A program made the position numbers and the translations under genes. A model generated the notes under the pieces. The model was not told where the DNA came from, searched no databases, and saw nothing but the letters and a program-made list of their open reading frames with translations. This document shows positions 51,177-64,000 of a stretch of DNA of 64,000 nucleotides, piece by piece. Position 1 is the stretch's first letter; each line of letters starts with the position of its first letter. Where the stretch lies: positions 186,001 to 250,000 of the forward strand of contig CM075994.1 in the NCBI GenBank assembly GCA_038087875.1. Direction: 5' to 3'. This DNA is from Malacoraja senta. Lineage: Eukaryota.

Positions 51177-53014
51177 GTAAGTGGGCAGTGGGTTAGAGGG
51201 AGAAATCATTCGCAAACTAAAATCTGCTGCATCAATTGTGTCAAATAACCCCTCTTCCTTGGCCCAAAATGTTAGCATCTGGAAGGCAAAGGTAGTGAGT
51301 GCGATTCTGGTTGTATACATTTGAGCTGCTGGAGGGTCTGAAGAAGGGTCTCGACCCGCAACATAGTCACCTCTTCCTTTTCTCCAGAGATGCTGCCTGA
51401 CCCGCTGAGTTACTCCAGCATTTGGTGCCGAAGCTGCAGGAACTCAGCGTGTCAGGCAGTATCAGGAGAAGGAAATGGACAGCCGACATTTCGGGTTGGG
51501 ACCTTTCCTCTGGACTAAAAGGGTGGGGAGGGGAAAACCAGGAGGGAGTGGGGGGGGGGGGGGGGGAGGAAAGAGGTGGCACCTGGTCAATGAATCCAGG
51601 TTGAGAAGGGCAAGGATTGCTGGATGTAGTTAAACTAAGTTAAAGAGGGATGGTGATAGCAACGGTGGCTGGGATGTGAATGATGGAGGTGACCAGGGGT
51701 TGCAGATGATGGGATCAGATGGGAAGGGATGGTGGTGTCTGGGACCAAAGAAGGGAAATGTGCCGGAAGGCACTGCAGATGCTGGTTTAAACCGAAGATA
51801 GACACAAAACGCTGGAGTAACTAAGAGGGACAGGCAGCATCTCTGGATAGAAGGAATGGGGGTCTGAAGAAGGGTCTCATCCCAAATCACCCATTCCTCT
51901 CACCAAAGGAGAGAAATTGAGTGGGCAGATGGCAATGAGGAGAGGGGCGGGGTAGAACCTGATGGGAGGAGAGTGTGGGTAATGGGAAGATGAGATGGTT
52001 GAGGAAGAAACTGCTTAATTCATTTAGTCAGGGTGGTGAATCTGTGGATCTCATTGCCACAGACGATGTGGAGGCCAAGTCATTGGGTATTTTTAAAGAA
52101 GCGATCGACAGATACGTGATTAGTAAGTGTGTCAAGGGTTATGGACGAGGGGGGACCTCATTGAAACTTACCAAAATAGTGAAAGGCCTGGATAGAGTGG
52201 ATGTGGAGAGGATGTTTCCACTCATGCGAGAGTCTAGGACCAGAGGTCACACCCTCAGAATAAAAGGACTTTCCTTGAGGAAGGAGATGAGGAGGAAGTT
52301 CTTTAGTCAGAGGGTGATGAATCTGTGGAATTCATTGCCACAGAAGGCTGTGGAGGTAAGTTAGGCAGAGATAGATAGAGTGGGTGTCATGGGTTATGGG
52401 GAGAAGGCAGGAGAATTGGGTTGAGAGGGTAAAATAGATCAACCATGATTGAACAGCGGAGTAGACGTGATGGGCTGAATGGCCTTATTCTGCTCCTATG
52501 ATATATTAACATGAGTGGGGGGGGTAAAGTTGTGGGAAAGAAGAGTATGTGTGGATGATAGGGTCGATAGAGGAACAGAGGTGCTTCACAGGATGGGGAG
52601 TGGTCTGTTCTGTTTTAGAGCAGAGGGATCTACGAGTGCAGGTACAAAGTTCCCTGAAAGTGGCCTCACAACTCAATAAGACAATAGACAATAGGTGCAG
52701 GAGCAGGCCATTTGGCCCTTCGAGCCAGCACCGCCATTCAATGTGATCATGGGTGATAATCCACAATCAGTACCCCATTCCTGCCTTCTCCCCATATCCC
52801 CTGACTCCGCTATTTTTAAGAGCCCCATCTAGCTCTCTCTTGAAAGCATCCAGAGAACCTGCCTCCACCGCCCTCGTGAGGCAGAGAATTCCACAGACGA
52901 TCAACAAGGATTTTGGCACATTGGCTTTCATCAGTCAGAGTACTGTGTATAAAAGTTGGAAGATAGACACAAAAAGCTGGAGTAACTCAGCGGGACAGGC
53001 AGCATCCTGTCGGT

Positions 53015-53578
53015 ATGTCAAGGAGGACTCTCTCGTACTTCTACAGGTGCATAGTAGAGAGCATGCTGACCGGTTGCATCGTGGCTCGGTTCGGCAACTT
53101 GAGCGCCCAGGAGCGTAAATGACTGCAAAAAGTTGTAAACACTGCCCAGTCCATCATCGGCTCTGACCTCCCTTCCATCGAGGGGATCTATTGCAGTTGT
53201 TGCCTCAAAAAGGCTTCCAGCATCATCAAAGACCCATATCATCCGGGCCACTCACTCATCTCCCCGCTACCTTCAGGTAGTAGGTACAGGAGCCTGAAAT
53301 CTGCAACATCCAGGTCCAGGAATAGCTACTTCCCCACAGCCATCAGGCTATTAAACTCAACTCTAACAAAACTCTGATTTTTAAATAGCCCATTGCACTT
53401 GATCTGTTTATTTATGTGTGTGTATATATATATTCATTGGTATATGGTCACAATGATCTGTTCTGTTCTGTATTTATTTATGCCTACTATATTCTGTTGT
53501 GTTGAAGCAAAGCAAGAATTTCATTGGCCTATATGGGACACATGACAATAAACTCTCTTGAATGTTGAATCTTGAATC
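53015..53578 (+). mobile_element. Rex1/Babar LINE 3' fragment (others at ~17930-18200 -, 34375-34805 +, 57070-57735 -)
   Basis: ESMLTGCIVARFGN..., SGSRYRSL, 3' gacaataaa and (ttgaatc)n tail. Confidence 0.8.
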
Positions 53579-55779
53579 TCTGGAGACTCTTCTTCAGACG
53601 GTTGACTTATAGCCAATACCCACTGATTCAGGCTGGTTCTGGTAAACCTCTTCTGCGCCCTCTCCAAAGCCTCCACATTCTTTCTGTAAGGGGGCGACCA
53701 GAACTGCACGCAATACTCCAAATGTAGATGAACCAATGTCCAATAAAACTGCATTATGCAAATCTGCACTACCCAACTCTTATATGTAATGGCTCGTGCA
53801 ACGCAGGCAAGCGTACCATACCCTCCTTTACTAATTTGTCTACCTGTGTTGCCATTTTCAGAGACCTGTCGAGCTGTGAGTTACTGAGATGCAGCATTTC
53901 ACAGGAATAAATTTCTACCACCCATTCCTTCTCTCCAGAGATGCTGCCTGTCCCGCTGAGTTACTCCAGCTTTTTGTGTCTATCTTTAGTTTAAACCAGC
54001 ATCTGCAGTTCCTTCCTACACATAGAAGTTGAAAGGTTATGTTACAGCATTACAAGACATTGCTGAGGACACATTTGGAGTGTTGTGTTCAGTTTTGGTC
54101 AACCTGTTATTGGGGTTGATCCCCACCAGGGGGCGCCGCACGATTGCTGCCTCACCAAAGGTCTGTCTCGTCTTTTTCCTTCTTTGTGGTTTTAGTTTGT
54201 TGTAAAATGTTTGTTTTAGTTTATCTTTAGTTTTGTATTATGTGGGGGGGGGGGGGGAGCTTTAAAAAACCTCTTTCCTTGACCGAGATGCGACATTCTC
54301 CGTGTCGTGTCTCCGTCCGCGCTGCGGCCAAACACTGTGGAGCTGTCGGCCTCTTGCTGGGACCTCGGAGCTCAAACCGCGAGAGCCTGCAGACTTAACA
54401 TCGTCAGCTGGCGATCCCCTTGCCAGGGATCGACCTTGGGAGCTCCAACCGCGGGGGCTTGCGGACTTTAACAACGTGCCTCTCGCGGTCCCTGGTTAGG
54501 GATCGACTTTGGGAGCTTCAAGCCACAGGTGCTTCAACCGCCCCGACGCAGGAGTTTTCATCGCTGGCTGCGGGAGCTTCGATCGTCCCCACTGCGGATG
54601 GTTCAACCCCCCCCCCCCCGACCCCGGGAGAAAAGGAGGAAGGAAGATAAGACTTTATTGCCTTCCATCACAGTGGGGAATGTGGTGGAGCCGCTGTGGT
54701 GGATGTTTATATCACATTTTTATGCCGTTGTGTGTCTTGTTGCTTTTTTTGGTATGACTGTATGGCAAACCAAATCCCTCGTATATTGTAAAACATACTT
54801 GGCTAATAAATTACAATTATGATTATGAATAAGCAGAAAAGGGTGCAGAGAAGATTTACGTTGCCAGGACTCATGGGCCTGAGTTATGGGGAGAGGTTGA
54901 GCAGGCTTGGATTGCAGCAGGATAAGAGGTGATGTTATAGAAGTGTATCAGATCATGAAGAGATTCATGAAGAGATAAATGTACAGTCTTTTACCCAGAG
55001 TTGCGATATCAAGAGCCAGAGGACACTTAAAGGTGAGGGGGAAAATTTTAATCTGAACCTGAGGGACAACTTTCACACATAGGGTGGTAGGTATACGGAA
55101 TGAGCTTCCAAAGGAGGTAGATTTAAAAAGCATTTGGATAGTTTAGTTTAGTGTTTTTTTTAGAGATACAGTGCAGAAACAGGCCCTTCAATCCAGTCCA
55201 TACCGAACAGCAATCCCTGCATATTAAAACTACCCTACACACACGACTTAAGGCTAAACCTGTATGCCTTTGCAGTGTGGGAGAAAAATCGAAGATCTTG
55301 GAGAAAACACACATACACACTCCGTATAGACAGCACCCATAGTCAGGATCGAACTCGGGTCTCTGCCGCTGTAAGGCAGCAACTCTACCGCTGCACAACC
55401 GTGCTGCCCCAATGTTACCTCGATAGGATAGGTTTAGAAGGATTGGGGCCAAATGAGGCAGATGGGAAAAGTGTAGATGGGGCATGCTGGTCGGCATGGG
55501 CTAGTTGGGCTGAAGGGACCGTTTTCACACTATGACTCTATGACTCCATGTGCAGGCTGTTGAAGCTAATTTAATTTGGCTTCATGTTCAGCGTAGACAC
55601 TGTGGGCTGAAGAGCCTGTTCCTGTGTTGTACTTTTCCATGTTCTACATTCCAACTTTCCTCTCAAAGTATCTGAAAACTTGGTCTTCCTCCTTTAACCA
55701 CTTGTTGCCCTGCTGCATACTTTCTTGCATCAACTCAAATATTGCATCCCATAAATTGTCCTCTCTCTGTTCTTCACAG

Positions 55780-55914
55780 GCCCCGGAATTAAATTCACGG
55801 GATGAGATTATATACTGCCTTCTCCAGCTTCCTAAGGCCAACAGCCCAGCAACAACAGATGAACAGGACGCAGGCATTGTCTACGCTGTTCCACAGAAAG
55901 TGCAATGCAGGTGA
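55780..55914 (+). CDS. Exon 5, cytoplasmic tail with tyrosine motifs (ITIM IIYCLL; IVYAVP) and stop codon
   Basis: Strong acceptor ctctctctgttcttcacag|, phase 0. Encodes APELNSRDEIIYCLLQLPKANSPATTDEQDAGIVYAVPQKVQCR*. A possible donor CAG|gtgaag just before the TGA means a further exon cannot be excluded. Confidence 0.82.
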   Translation, partial: APELNSRDEIIYCLLQLPKANSPATTDEQDAGIVYAVPQKVQCR

Positions 55915-58852
55915 AGGGCCGGAACAGCAGCATTTTGTTGGGAAATTGGATCAGCTAACAGCACCAACAGGGGAAGATGGGCACAAGGAGAAATATCACA
56001 ACCCAGGCCTTTCAGAAAAAGATTCAAAGTGCTGGAGTAACTCAGCGGGCCAGGCCGCATCTCTGGAGAACATGGATAAGTGACGTTTTGGGTCGGGACC
56101 CTTCTTCAGACTGTATGTGGTGGGGGAGGTGGGGGAAGAAAGCTGGAAGAGAATAGAGGTAGGACAAATATTAACGAGTGATAGGTGGATACAGGTCAGG
56201 GAGGCGGGAGGGGTTTGGTAGGCAGATGGTTGGACAAAGTCCAGAGATGAAAAGACAAAAGGTTTGACATGAGAATAGGAGAGTTTCAAATTGTGAAGCT
56301 GGAGGACAAAATGTAAATGGGAAGGGAGAAATGGGTGAGTGCAGATGGGGTACAAGGTAAAGGGGGAGGGAGGGAGAGAACAAAGTAGAGGGGAGTTGTT
56401 GGATACCTGACATTGAAGAATTCCATGTGTAGGAAGGAACTGCAGATGCTGGTTTAGACTGACGATAGACACAAAAAGCTGGAGTAACTCAGTGGGTCAG
56501 GCAGCATCTCTGGAGAAACGGAATAGGTGATGTTTCGGGTCAGGACGCTACCTGATGAGCATCCAGAGTTGCTGCCTGGCCCGCTGAGTTACGGCAACTC
56601 TTCTAACCTTTTGTGTCTATCTTCAGTAAAGAATTTAATACTTCACTTGGCATGGTGGTGCAACGGTAGAATTTCCGCCTCAAAGCACCAGAGACCCGGG
56701 TTCGATCCTGACCACAGGTGCTCCCTACAATTCTGTAAGCAGTTTGTATGTTCTCCCCGTGATTGTGTGGGTTTTCTCCGGGTGCTCCGGTTTCCTCCCA
56801 CACTCCAAAGACGTGCAGGTTTGTAAGTTAATTGGCTTCAGTAAAATTGTAAATTGTCCCTAGTGTGTGTAGGATAGTGTTCGTGTGAGGGGATTACTGG
56901 TCAGTGCGGTCTCGGTGGGCTGATAGGCCTGTTTTCCGCGCTGTATCTTTAAACTAGACTAAAGTAATTCAATACCTTGAGTAAAAGATGGTCTCGACCT
57001 GAAACGGCACCCATTCCTTCTCTCCAGAGATGCTGACTCTCCCGTTGAGTTACTCCAGAATTTTGTGTCTTTATTTATCCCAGAAAGGAAATTGATCTGC
57101 CAACAGACATAAAAATAGAGAAATATGAAACAAAGTGATGTGTGTAAAGGATTGGGGATATGCAAAGATTGGGGGGGCGGGGAAGAGGGGAGTCAGTCTA
57201 TCCCAGGACAGAAGGGGGAGGAGTTGTACAGTTTGATAGCCACAGGGAAGAAGGATCTCCTGTGAGGTTGTGTGCTGCATCTTGGTGGAACCAGTCTGGT
57301 GATGAAGGTGCTCCTCAGGTTGACCAGTGTGTCATGGAGGGGGTGAGCTGCATTCTTCAGGATGCTCCGCAGTTTGAGGAACATCCTCCTCTCCAAGACC
57401 AACCTCCCTTGAATACTTTTCAGTACGGAGTCAGCCTTTGCTGATGAGCTTGTTGATCCTATTGGCGTCCGTGGCCTTCGCCCTGCTGCCCCAGCACACG
57501 GCAGCGAAGAAGATGGCACTGGCCACAACTGAATGGTAGAACATCTGCAGCATCTTACTGCAGACACTGAAGGAGCGTAGTTTTCTCAAAAACTACAGCT
57601 GGCTCTGCCCCTTCTTGTACAGGGCCTCAGTGCTCCTGGACCAGTCCAGTTTACTGTCCAGGTGAACTCCAAGGTATTTGTACTCCCTCGGAAACTGCAC
57701 ATCCACACCATTGATGGAGGCAGGGGACAGGGGTGCTTGGCTCCTAAAGTCCAGCATTAACATTAACCATTATTACTGTCACTTTAAATATGCTAGAGTA
57801 AAACCCTTTGTTGTGTGGTATCCAGTCAGCAGAAAGACAATACATGATTACAATCGAGCCATTACAGAGTATGGATACAAGATAATGGAATAAGTTTTAG
57901 TGCATATAATATGTGATTATAGAACTGCTTCTGTGGCCAGCATGCCAAAGTCGCCTGGGTTGGGCGCCATCTTGGAATGTATCAAGCTACCCACAGTGCA
58001 AGGTAAAAGATAAGGGATGTAACTTTAGTACAAAGATGTTTGTACAAATCTGTACATAGTGGACCCGGCGTGGGGGGGACTGCCGTGAGGGGGAGGGGGG
58101 GGGGAGAACAAAGGTGAACCTGGCGCGGATGCTTTGTCAGCACTCTTTAAGTGGCGACTATTCGCATACCTTGGGTATGCAAGCAAAGAATTTCACTGTG
58201 ACTTGTCACATGTTACAATAAAGCATTCATTCAGACATAACATTGGAATCTGATATAATCTGATTAAAGAAAGTTCAAATAGACAGCTTATAGAAACAGT
58301 GGAATGTCTTAAAATATATAAACTTATTTTGAAGCGTTTCGGATGTGTATTAGTCTGAATATCGGTCCTGTACAGGGGCCATGTTTTAAAAGTTGTTTAA
58401 GTGGAATGCCTAATAAAATGATATAAGAACAAAGCACGATGGTTTGTAAAAAATAGTTAAATTATAAGAATGTGCTGGAATAATTATGCATTGCAAATGG
58501 CTGCACAACAACAGGCCTTTCCAGCCCAGTATGTTTATGCCACACATCATGTCAAGATAAACTAATCTCTGCTCACACATGATCTATATTGCTCCATTTG
58601 CTGCATCTTTATTTGCCTACCTAAAAGCTTCATAAAGTACTAGACTAAGGGGGACCCGTTGGGTCCCAGTCACACGGGAGGCGAGTCCCCAAATGCAAAG
58701 CATTCCCCAAGGCAATATTATACCACTAACCCGTTCCCCCAACGCTACCCGTTCCCCCAACGCAATATTCTACCACTCACCAATAGCCCCTAACTGTGCA
58801 GGCGCGGCTCATTTCCCTCATCCCACCAGCACTCCCTCCCCCTCTTCTTCAT

Positions 58853-59501
58853 GTGTGGGAGGGGAGGGAAGGGGGGTATGTGGCAATGGGTGTGTGGGGT
58901 GGGAGAGGAGGAGGGGAGGGGTGTGTGTGTGGGTGGGGGAGTGTAGGAGGGGGGAGAGGTGGTGTGGGGGAGGGCTTGTGGGGGGCAGGGGATTGTGGGT
59001 GGTGGCGGGGAAGGTGTGTGGGTGGGGGGGCAATGGGCGGTAGTGGAGGAGGGGGTGAGGGGGGGGGTGTATTAGATGGTGGGGGGGTTGTGGGTGGGGG
59101 GTTGTGTGGTCGGGGGGGAGGAGTGTGTGGGTGGGGGAGGGTTGTGGGGGGGAGGGTGAGTCTGGGGGAAAGGGGCAGAGGTGTGTGTGGGGGAGGGGTG
59201 TTGTGGGGGCAAGCGGGAGTTGTGGGGGGGAGGGGCGGAGTGTGTGGGCGGAGGGGGGAGGGGTGTGTGGGCAGGGGAGTTGTGGGAGGAGGGGTGTGTG
59301 TGGGCGGAGGGGGTTGTGGGCGGAGCGGGCAGGGGTGTGTGGGCTGGGGAGTTGTGGGAGGAGGGGTGTGTGGGCGGGGGGAGGGGGAGGGTGTGTAAGC
59401 AGGGGAGTGTGTGGGATGAGGGGTGTGTGGGCGGGGGGAGGGGGAGGGTATGTGGGCTGGGGAGTTGTGGGAGGAGGGGTGTGTGGGCGGGGGGAGGGGG
59501 G
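58853..59501. repeat. G-rich degenerate tandem repeat (G4-prone)
   Basis: Recurrent ggggagttgtgggaggaggggtgtgtgggcgg units. Confidence 0.9.
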
Positions 59502-59502
59502 T

Positions 59503-61685
59503 CAAGTTTATTTGTCACATACACATACAAGATGTGCAGTGAAATGAAAGTGGCGATGCCTGCGGGATTGTGCAAAACAACGGAACAACAGGACAGAACA
59601 AAACCAGTATTTACATTTTAGAAAAAATAAAAAGACACAACACAACAGTAAATTAGTCCCTGGGGAGTTCAGAGTTTACAGTCCTAATGGCCTGTGGGAA
59701 GAAACTCCGTCTCATCCTCTCTGTTTTCACAGCATGGCAACGGAGGAGTTTGCCTGACCGTAGCAGCTGGAACAGTCCGTTGCTGGGGTGGTAGGTGTCC
59801 CCCATAATGTTGCTGGCTCTGGATCTGCACTTTCTGATGTATAGGGAGGTTTCACGACAGTCGGGTCACGACCCCATGACCCGTACTGTTGCTACGCTAC
59901 GCCAACTGGAGTACACGCGATGAACTGCGGGTAAGCACTTACCATTGTTTCCAGTGTAGCGGGCCCGTTAAAACCCGCCGAAATGGTCAATTTTTGCGCT
60001 GTAAATAATTATGGAAATCGGGATAAGCGTGGGAGACATTTAGCCAACTTCAGAATTCAAAAAGTGAGGAGAAATGACGGTAGATAGAAGCGAGAGCTGA
60101 AGGAACAACAACAGCCAAAGTGCTTGTCGAACAGTGGCCGTTTGCTCACTGCATTTCATCAACTAAGGCATTATTTGTGTTTTTTCTTGATTCCTTTGGC
60201 ATCTAAAAAGTTTCAGAAGCAATAAATCTGGCTGTAAAATTTTAAAATCGCCCATGGTTCTCGTGGGTTTTTACATACAAAACTAAAACGCCTCTGAAGC
60301 AAAATTTACAACCAGATTTACCACTTCTGAGACTTTTTAGATACCAAAGAAATCAAGAAAAAAAACAAATAATGCCTTACTGTTGATGAAATGCAGTGAG
60401 CAAACGCGATAATTCCCAATATTTTCAATTCCGATAGCACCAAGTTCACCAAGCACTTTAGCTGTTGTTGCCCCTTCAGCTCTCGCTTCTCTATACCTTC
60501 ATTTCGCTTCACTTTTGGAATTCTGAAGTTGGGTACATGTCTCTCACACTTACCCCGACTTCCACAATTTTTTACAGCGAACAAATTCAACATTTTGGCG
60601 GTTTTTAACAGGTAGGAAAGTATGCGTTTCTTGAATTAATAACATGTACCGGAAGTGACGGATGTCTTCCAGATGGATTAAGCGGCTTTATGCGTCAAGC
60701 CCTATGACCCGGTGACCTTACGTGCAACCCCCCTATAGATCCTGCAGGGGGGCGAGTGAAGTTCCCATAGTACGTTCGGCCGAACACACTATTCTCTGTG
60801 GAGCTTTCCTGTCCTGGGCAGAGCTGTTCCCAAACCAGATTGTGATGTTTCCTGACAAGATGCTTTCTAGAGCCCAGAGTAGAAGCACTGAAGGATCCTC
60901 AGAGAGACTCAGAATTTCCTCAGCTGCCTGAGGTGGTAATGGCGCTGCCTTGCCTTACTCACCAGTGCGGCAGAGTGTGTGGTCCATGTCAGATCCTCTG
61001 TGATGTGGACTCCCAGGTATTTAAAGCTGCTCCTATCCACAGTATCCCCATTCATCTCCAGTGGCGTGTACGTCCTCAGATGTTGAGCCCTTCTAAAGTC
61101 CACAATCAGCTCCTTAGTTTTTGTGACACTCATGAAGAGGCTGTTATCCTGACACCAGAGTGCCAGATCAGCCACTTCCTCCAGGTAGGCTTACTCATCG
61201 TTGTCAGAGATCAGGCCCACCACCACAGTGTCATCAACAAACTTGATGATGAAGTTGGAGCTGAACCTGGCCACACAGTCATGTGTGTACAGGGAGTACA
61301 GTAGGGGGTTGAGGACACAACCCTGGGGGGATCCTGTGTTCAGGGTGAGGGGTTTGGAGGTGTGTCAACCCATCTTAACCACCTGGGGCCTGGCGGTCAG
61401 AAAGTCCAGGACCCAGGCACACAGGGGAGTGTTCAGTCCTAGTTCCAGCAGCTTCACAGCAAGTCTGGTGGGGACTATGGTGTTTAAAGCTGAACTGAAA
61501 TCAATGAACAGCAGCCTCACATAGCCCCCCTTCTTGGCTGTCAAGGTGAGAGAGAGCGGTGTGCAGAATCTGGGAGACTTCATCATCCGTGGATCTATTC
61601 GGACGGTATGCGAACTGCAGCAGGGCCATGTTGCGAGGGAGGAAGGCACAGATGTGGTTCTTGACCAGCCTCTCGAAGCATTTCA
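59503..61685 (-). mobile_element. Rex1/Babar LINE interrupted by a DNA transposon at 59844-60733
   Basis: [18 protein letters not shown] and FKYLGVHI. The reading LQDLY|IRKCRSRASNIMGDTYHP is restored when the insert is removed. Confidence 0.88.
59844..60733. mobile_element. Non-autonomous fold-back DNA transposon with TATA target-site duplication, superfamily unassigned
   Basis: TATA at 59840-59843 and 60734-60737. Imperfect 13-bp TIR GGGAGGTTTCACG / CGTGCAACCCCCC. Internal inverted arms of ~280-310 bp (~59962-60243 vs ~60301-60612). Confidence 0.85.
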
Positions 61686-62635
61686 GAATATTTTTCACTA
61701 AAGCATAGCAGGCTGAGGATTGACTTTAATGGGGTTTACAAACTCATGAGAGGCATAGATAAGTTGAATGATGGTGGGAGGTTGACTGAAAGTGGGCCAT
61801 CAGCTAAATGCTCACATATCTTCGAGAAATAACTAAATTCTTCAATTCCGTTGACAAAGTAGATCTCTTATCTGGACACAAAGTGCAGGTGTAACTCAGT
61901 AGGTCAGGCAGCATCTATGGAGAACGAGGATAAATTACGTTTCAGGTCGAGACTTTTCCTCCGACTTGAAATGTCACCTATCCAGGTTTAGTTTAGTTTT
62001 GTCATAGAGAGTCATAGTGTGATACAGTGTGGAGACAGCCCCTTCAGCCAAACTTGCCCACACCGGCCAAAATGTCCCAGCTACACTGGTCCCACCTGCC
62101 AACATTTAGTCCATATCCCTCCAAATCCCTCATATCCATGTACCTGTCTAACTGCTTCTTAAATATTGGGATAGTCGCTGCCTCAACCACCTCCTCTGGC
62201 AGCTCGTTCCATACATCCACCACCCTTTGTGTGAGAAAGTTACCCCTCAGATTCCTATTAATTCTTTTTCCCTTCACGGGTCCTTGACTCACCTACTCTG
62301 GGCAAGACTCTGTGCATGTGAACAAGTTTGAAACAAGTTTATTCATGGATAACCCCTTGAGATGGACAGTCATCTCGTTTTCGAGGGGGTCCAACATAGA
62401 CCATACAGCACAAGACATAACATACATAGAGGCTCTCATTGACCCACCTACCCACACACCAATCCCAAAACCCCTCCATCCCCACTTGTTATAGTTTATA
62501 ACAATTGTTAATTAACTTTACAAATCCAATAATAACAAAAGTTATGTGTTACAGCATAATGTTAGTGCATAATACCATATACCACCTATCATACATCGTA
62601 CGTTAATACATACTATCAACATTATTACATAAAAG

Positions 62636-63210
62636 TTTGAGCTGACTGCGTTTCAAAGGAGTTTTCTTAGTTATGGCTTAATAACGGAAAAAAAATTAAT
62701 ACTGAAATTTTGGAAAAATGCTCCTACGCCAACAATAAAAATGTGGACTTCTAATATGTCGGAATTGATACATCTAGAAGATATGAGATTCCTCCTAGCA
62801 GGTAAACAAGACCAATTCCAAAAGATTTGGTCTCCATATATCAACTTATTACAAACATAGGGTGCAACAAAATGATGATAATAAATGGTTTTAGGTCCTG
62901 GCGAGGGGTGAGTAAAGATATGAAGTAGGTGCATCCCTTTCATACAATCCTATCTTATTTTCTTTTTTCTCTTTTTTTTCTTTCTCTTTTCTTCTTTAAC
63001 TACTTCATGTGGTTTAGGTTCACATGTGTGTTCCTGGGCCACTTTTCATTCACTCACTGACAGTCTTTGCTAGCTCTTTCTATCCTTTTTTTCTATTAAA
63101 GTTGAAAAACAGAAGTGGTACAAGAACTGTATAAATTTATGTTATTGCAGATTACTGTAATGTAAAATACTTCTCATAAATAAAAAAATTTTAAAAAAAT
63201 TAAAAAAAAC
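62636..63210 (+). mobile_element. L1/Tx1-clade LINE 3' end, near-identical to 38355-38920
   Basis: Same ORF end, 3'UTR and A-rich tail with few substitutions. Confidence 0.88.
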
Positions 63211-64000
63211 ATTACATAATATATTATTTCATGATATTGTGACATAATACAATATAAGACCTTGTTACACTATGCAGTACAATAATACATAAGTGTAATG
63301 GCCATGCATATACAATAGTTATGCCAAATGATCACACTCAGAGCAAGCTAGATAAAGGAGCTCGAAGACTCTAATACTAGAAACAGGTACATGGTTTTAT
63401 AAGGAAAGGTAAAAGTGTATTTTTAAATAGACGAAATGAGCTAATAGTTCTTATGGTACTAGGCAGAGTGTTCCAGTCAGAAGGAGCTTTGTATTTAAAT
63501 GCATCTACTCTATCAATGCCTCTCATCATCTTATAAGCCTCTACAAGATCACCCCTCAACCTCCTGTGCTCCACAGAATAGAGTCACAGCCTACTCAATC
63601 TATGCCTATAGCTCAGACCCTCCAGCCCTGGCAACATCCTTGTAAAATTTAGTTTAGAGATACAGCGCGGTAACAGGCCCTTCGGCGCACCGTCCTCACC
63701 AACTAGTGATCCACATACATTAACACTATCCTACACTAGGGACAATTTTTACATTTATACCAAGCCAATTCACCTGCAAACCTGTACGTCTTTGGAGTGT
63801 GGGAGGAAACCAATGTTCACAGAGAAAACCCATGCAGGGAATGGGAAACGAGAGATATAGACAGTGATGTGGAGAGATAAAGAACAATGAATGAAAGATA
63901 TGCAAAAAAGTAATGATAAAGGAAACAGGCCATTGTTAGCTGTTTGTACGGTGAAAACGAGAAGCTGGTGCGACGGGTGCGGGAGGGATGGAGAGAGAGG

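Noticed and set aside
58638..58850. Element starting actagactaag with a gggaccc-gtt-gggtccc hairpin (possible Helitron/Helentron derivative)
   Set aside because: The other end cannot be defined and there is no second copy in the window; too weak to classify.
58693..59621. Long Gly-rich and Pro-rich ORFs on both strands
   Set aside because: Artefacts of a stop-poor G-rich low-complexity repeat.

Overview
Repeat-dense eukaryotic DNA, almost certainly from a cartilaginous fish (shark, skate or ray), judged by the many HE1-type tRNA-derived V-SINEs together with CR1/HER1, Rex1/Babar, L1/Tx1 and Penelope retroelements. Most of the window is transposon debris. Main results: (1) A complete five-exon, phase-consistent gene on the + strand (32390-55914) that the ORF track does not assemble. 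It encodes a ~293-aa type I membrane receptor with a signal peptide, one atypical Cys-rich V-set Ig domain (HEPACAM/CD2-SLAM/CEACAM/VSTM5-like, no F-strand Cys, internal 11-aa duplication), a Ser/Thr stalk, a TM helix and an ITIM-bearing tail. (2) A three-level nest: a full-length but degenerate DIRS1-type tyrosine-recombinase retrotransposon (ITRs and ICR intact) lies inside a non-autonomous hAT element (14-bp TIRs, 8-bp TSD), which lies inside a Penelope element. (3) Many copies of a Penelope-derived short repeat carrying a minimal hammerhead-ribozyme core. (4) A near full-length CR1 LINE with an esterase ORF1 and a 16-bp 5'UTR minisatellite, and an unclassified fold-back DNA transposon with a TATA TSD. 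No prokaryotic systems, CRISPR arrays, rRNA or genuine tRNA genes were seen. All calls come from reading the sequence by eye; no database searches were run, and repeat boundaries are approximate unless a TSD or TIR is given.
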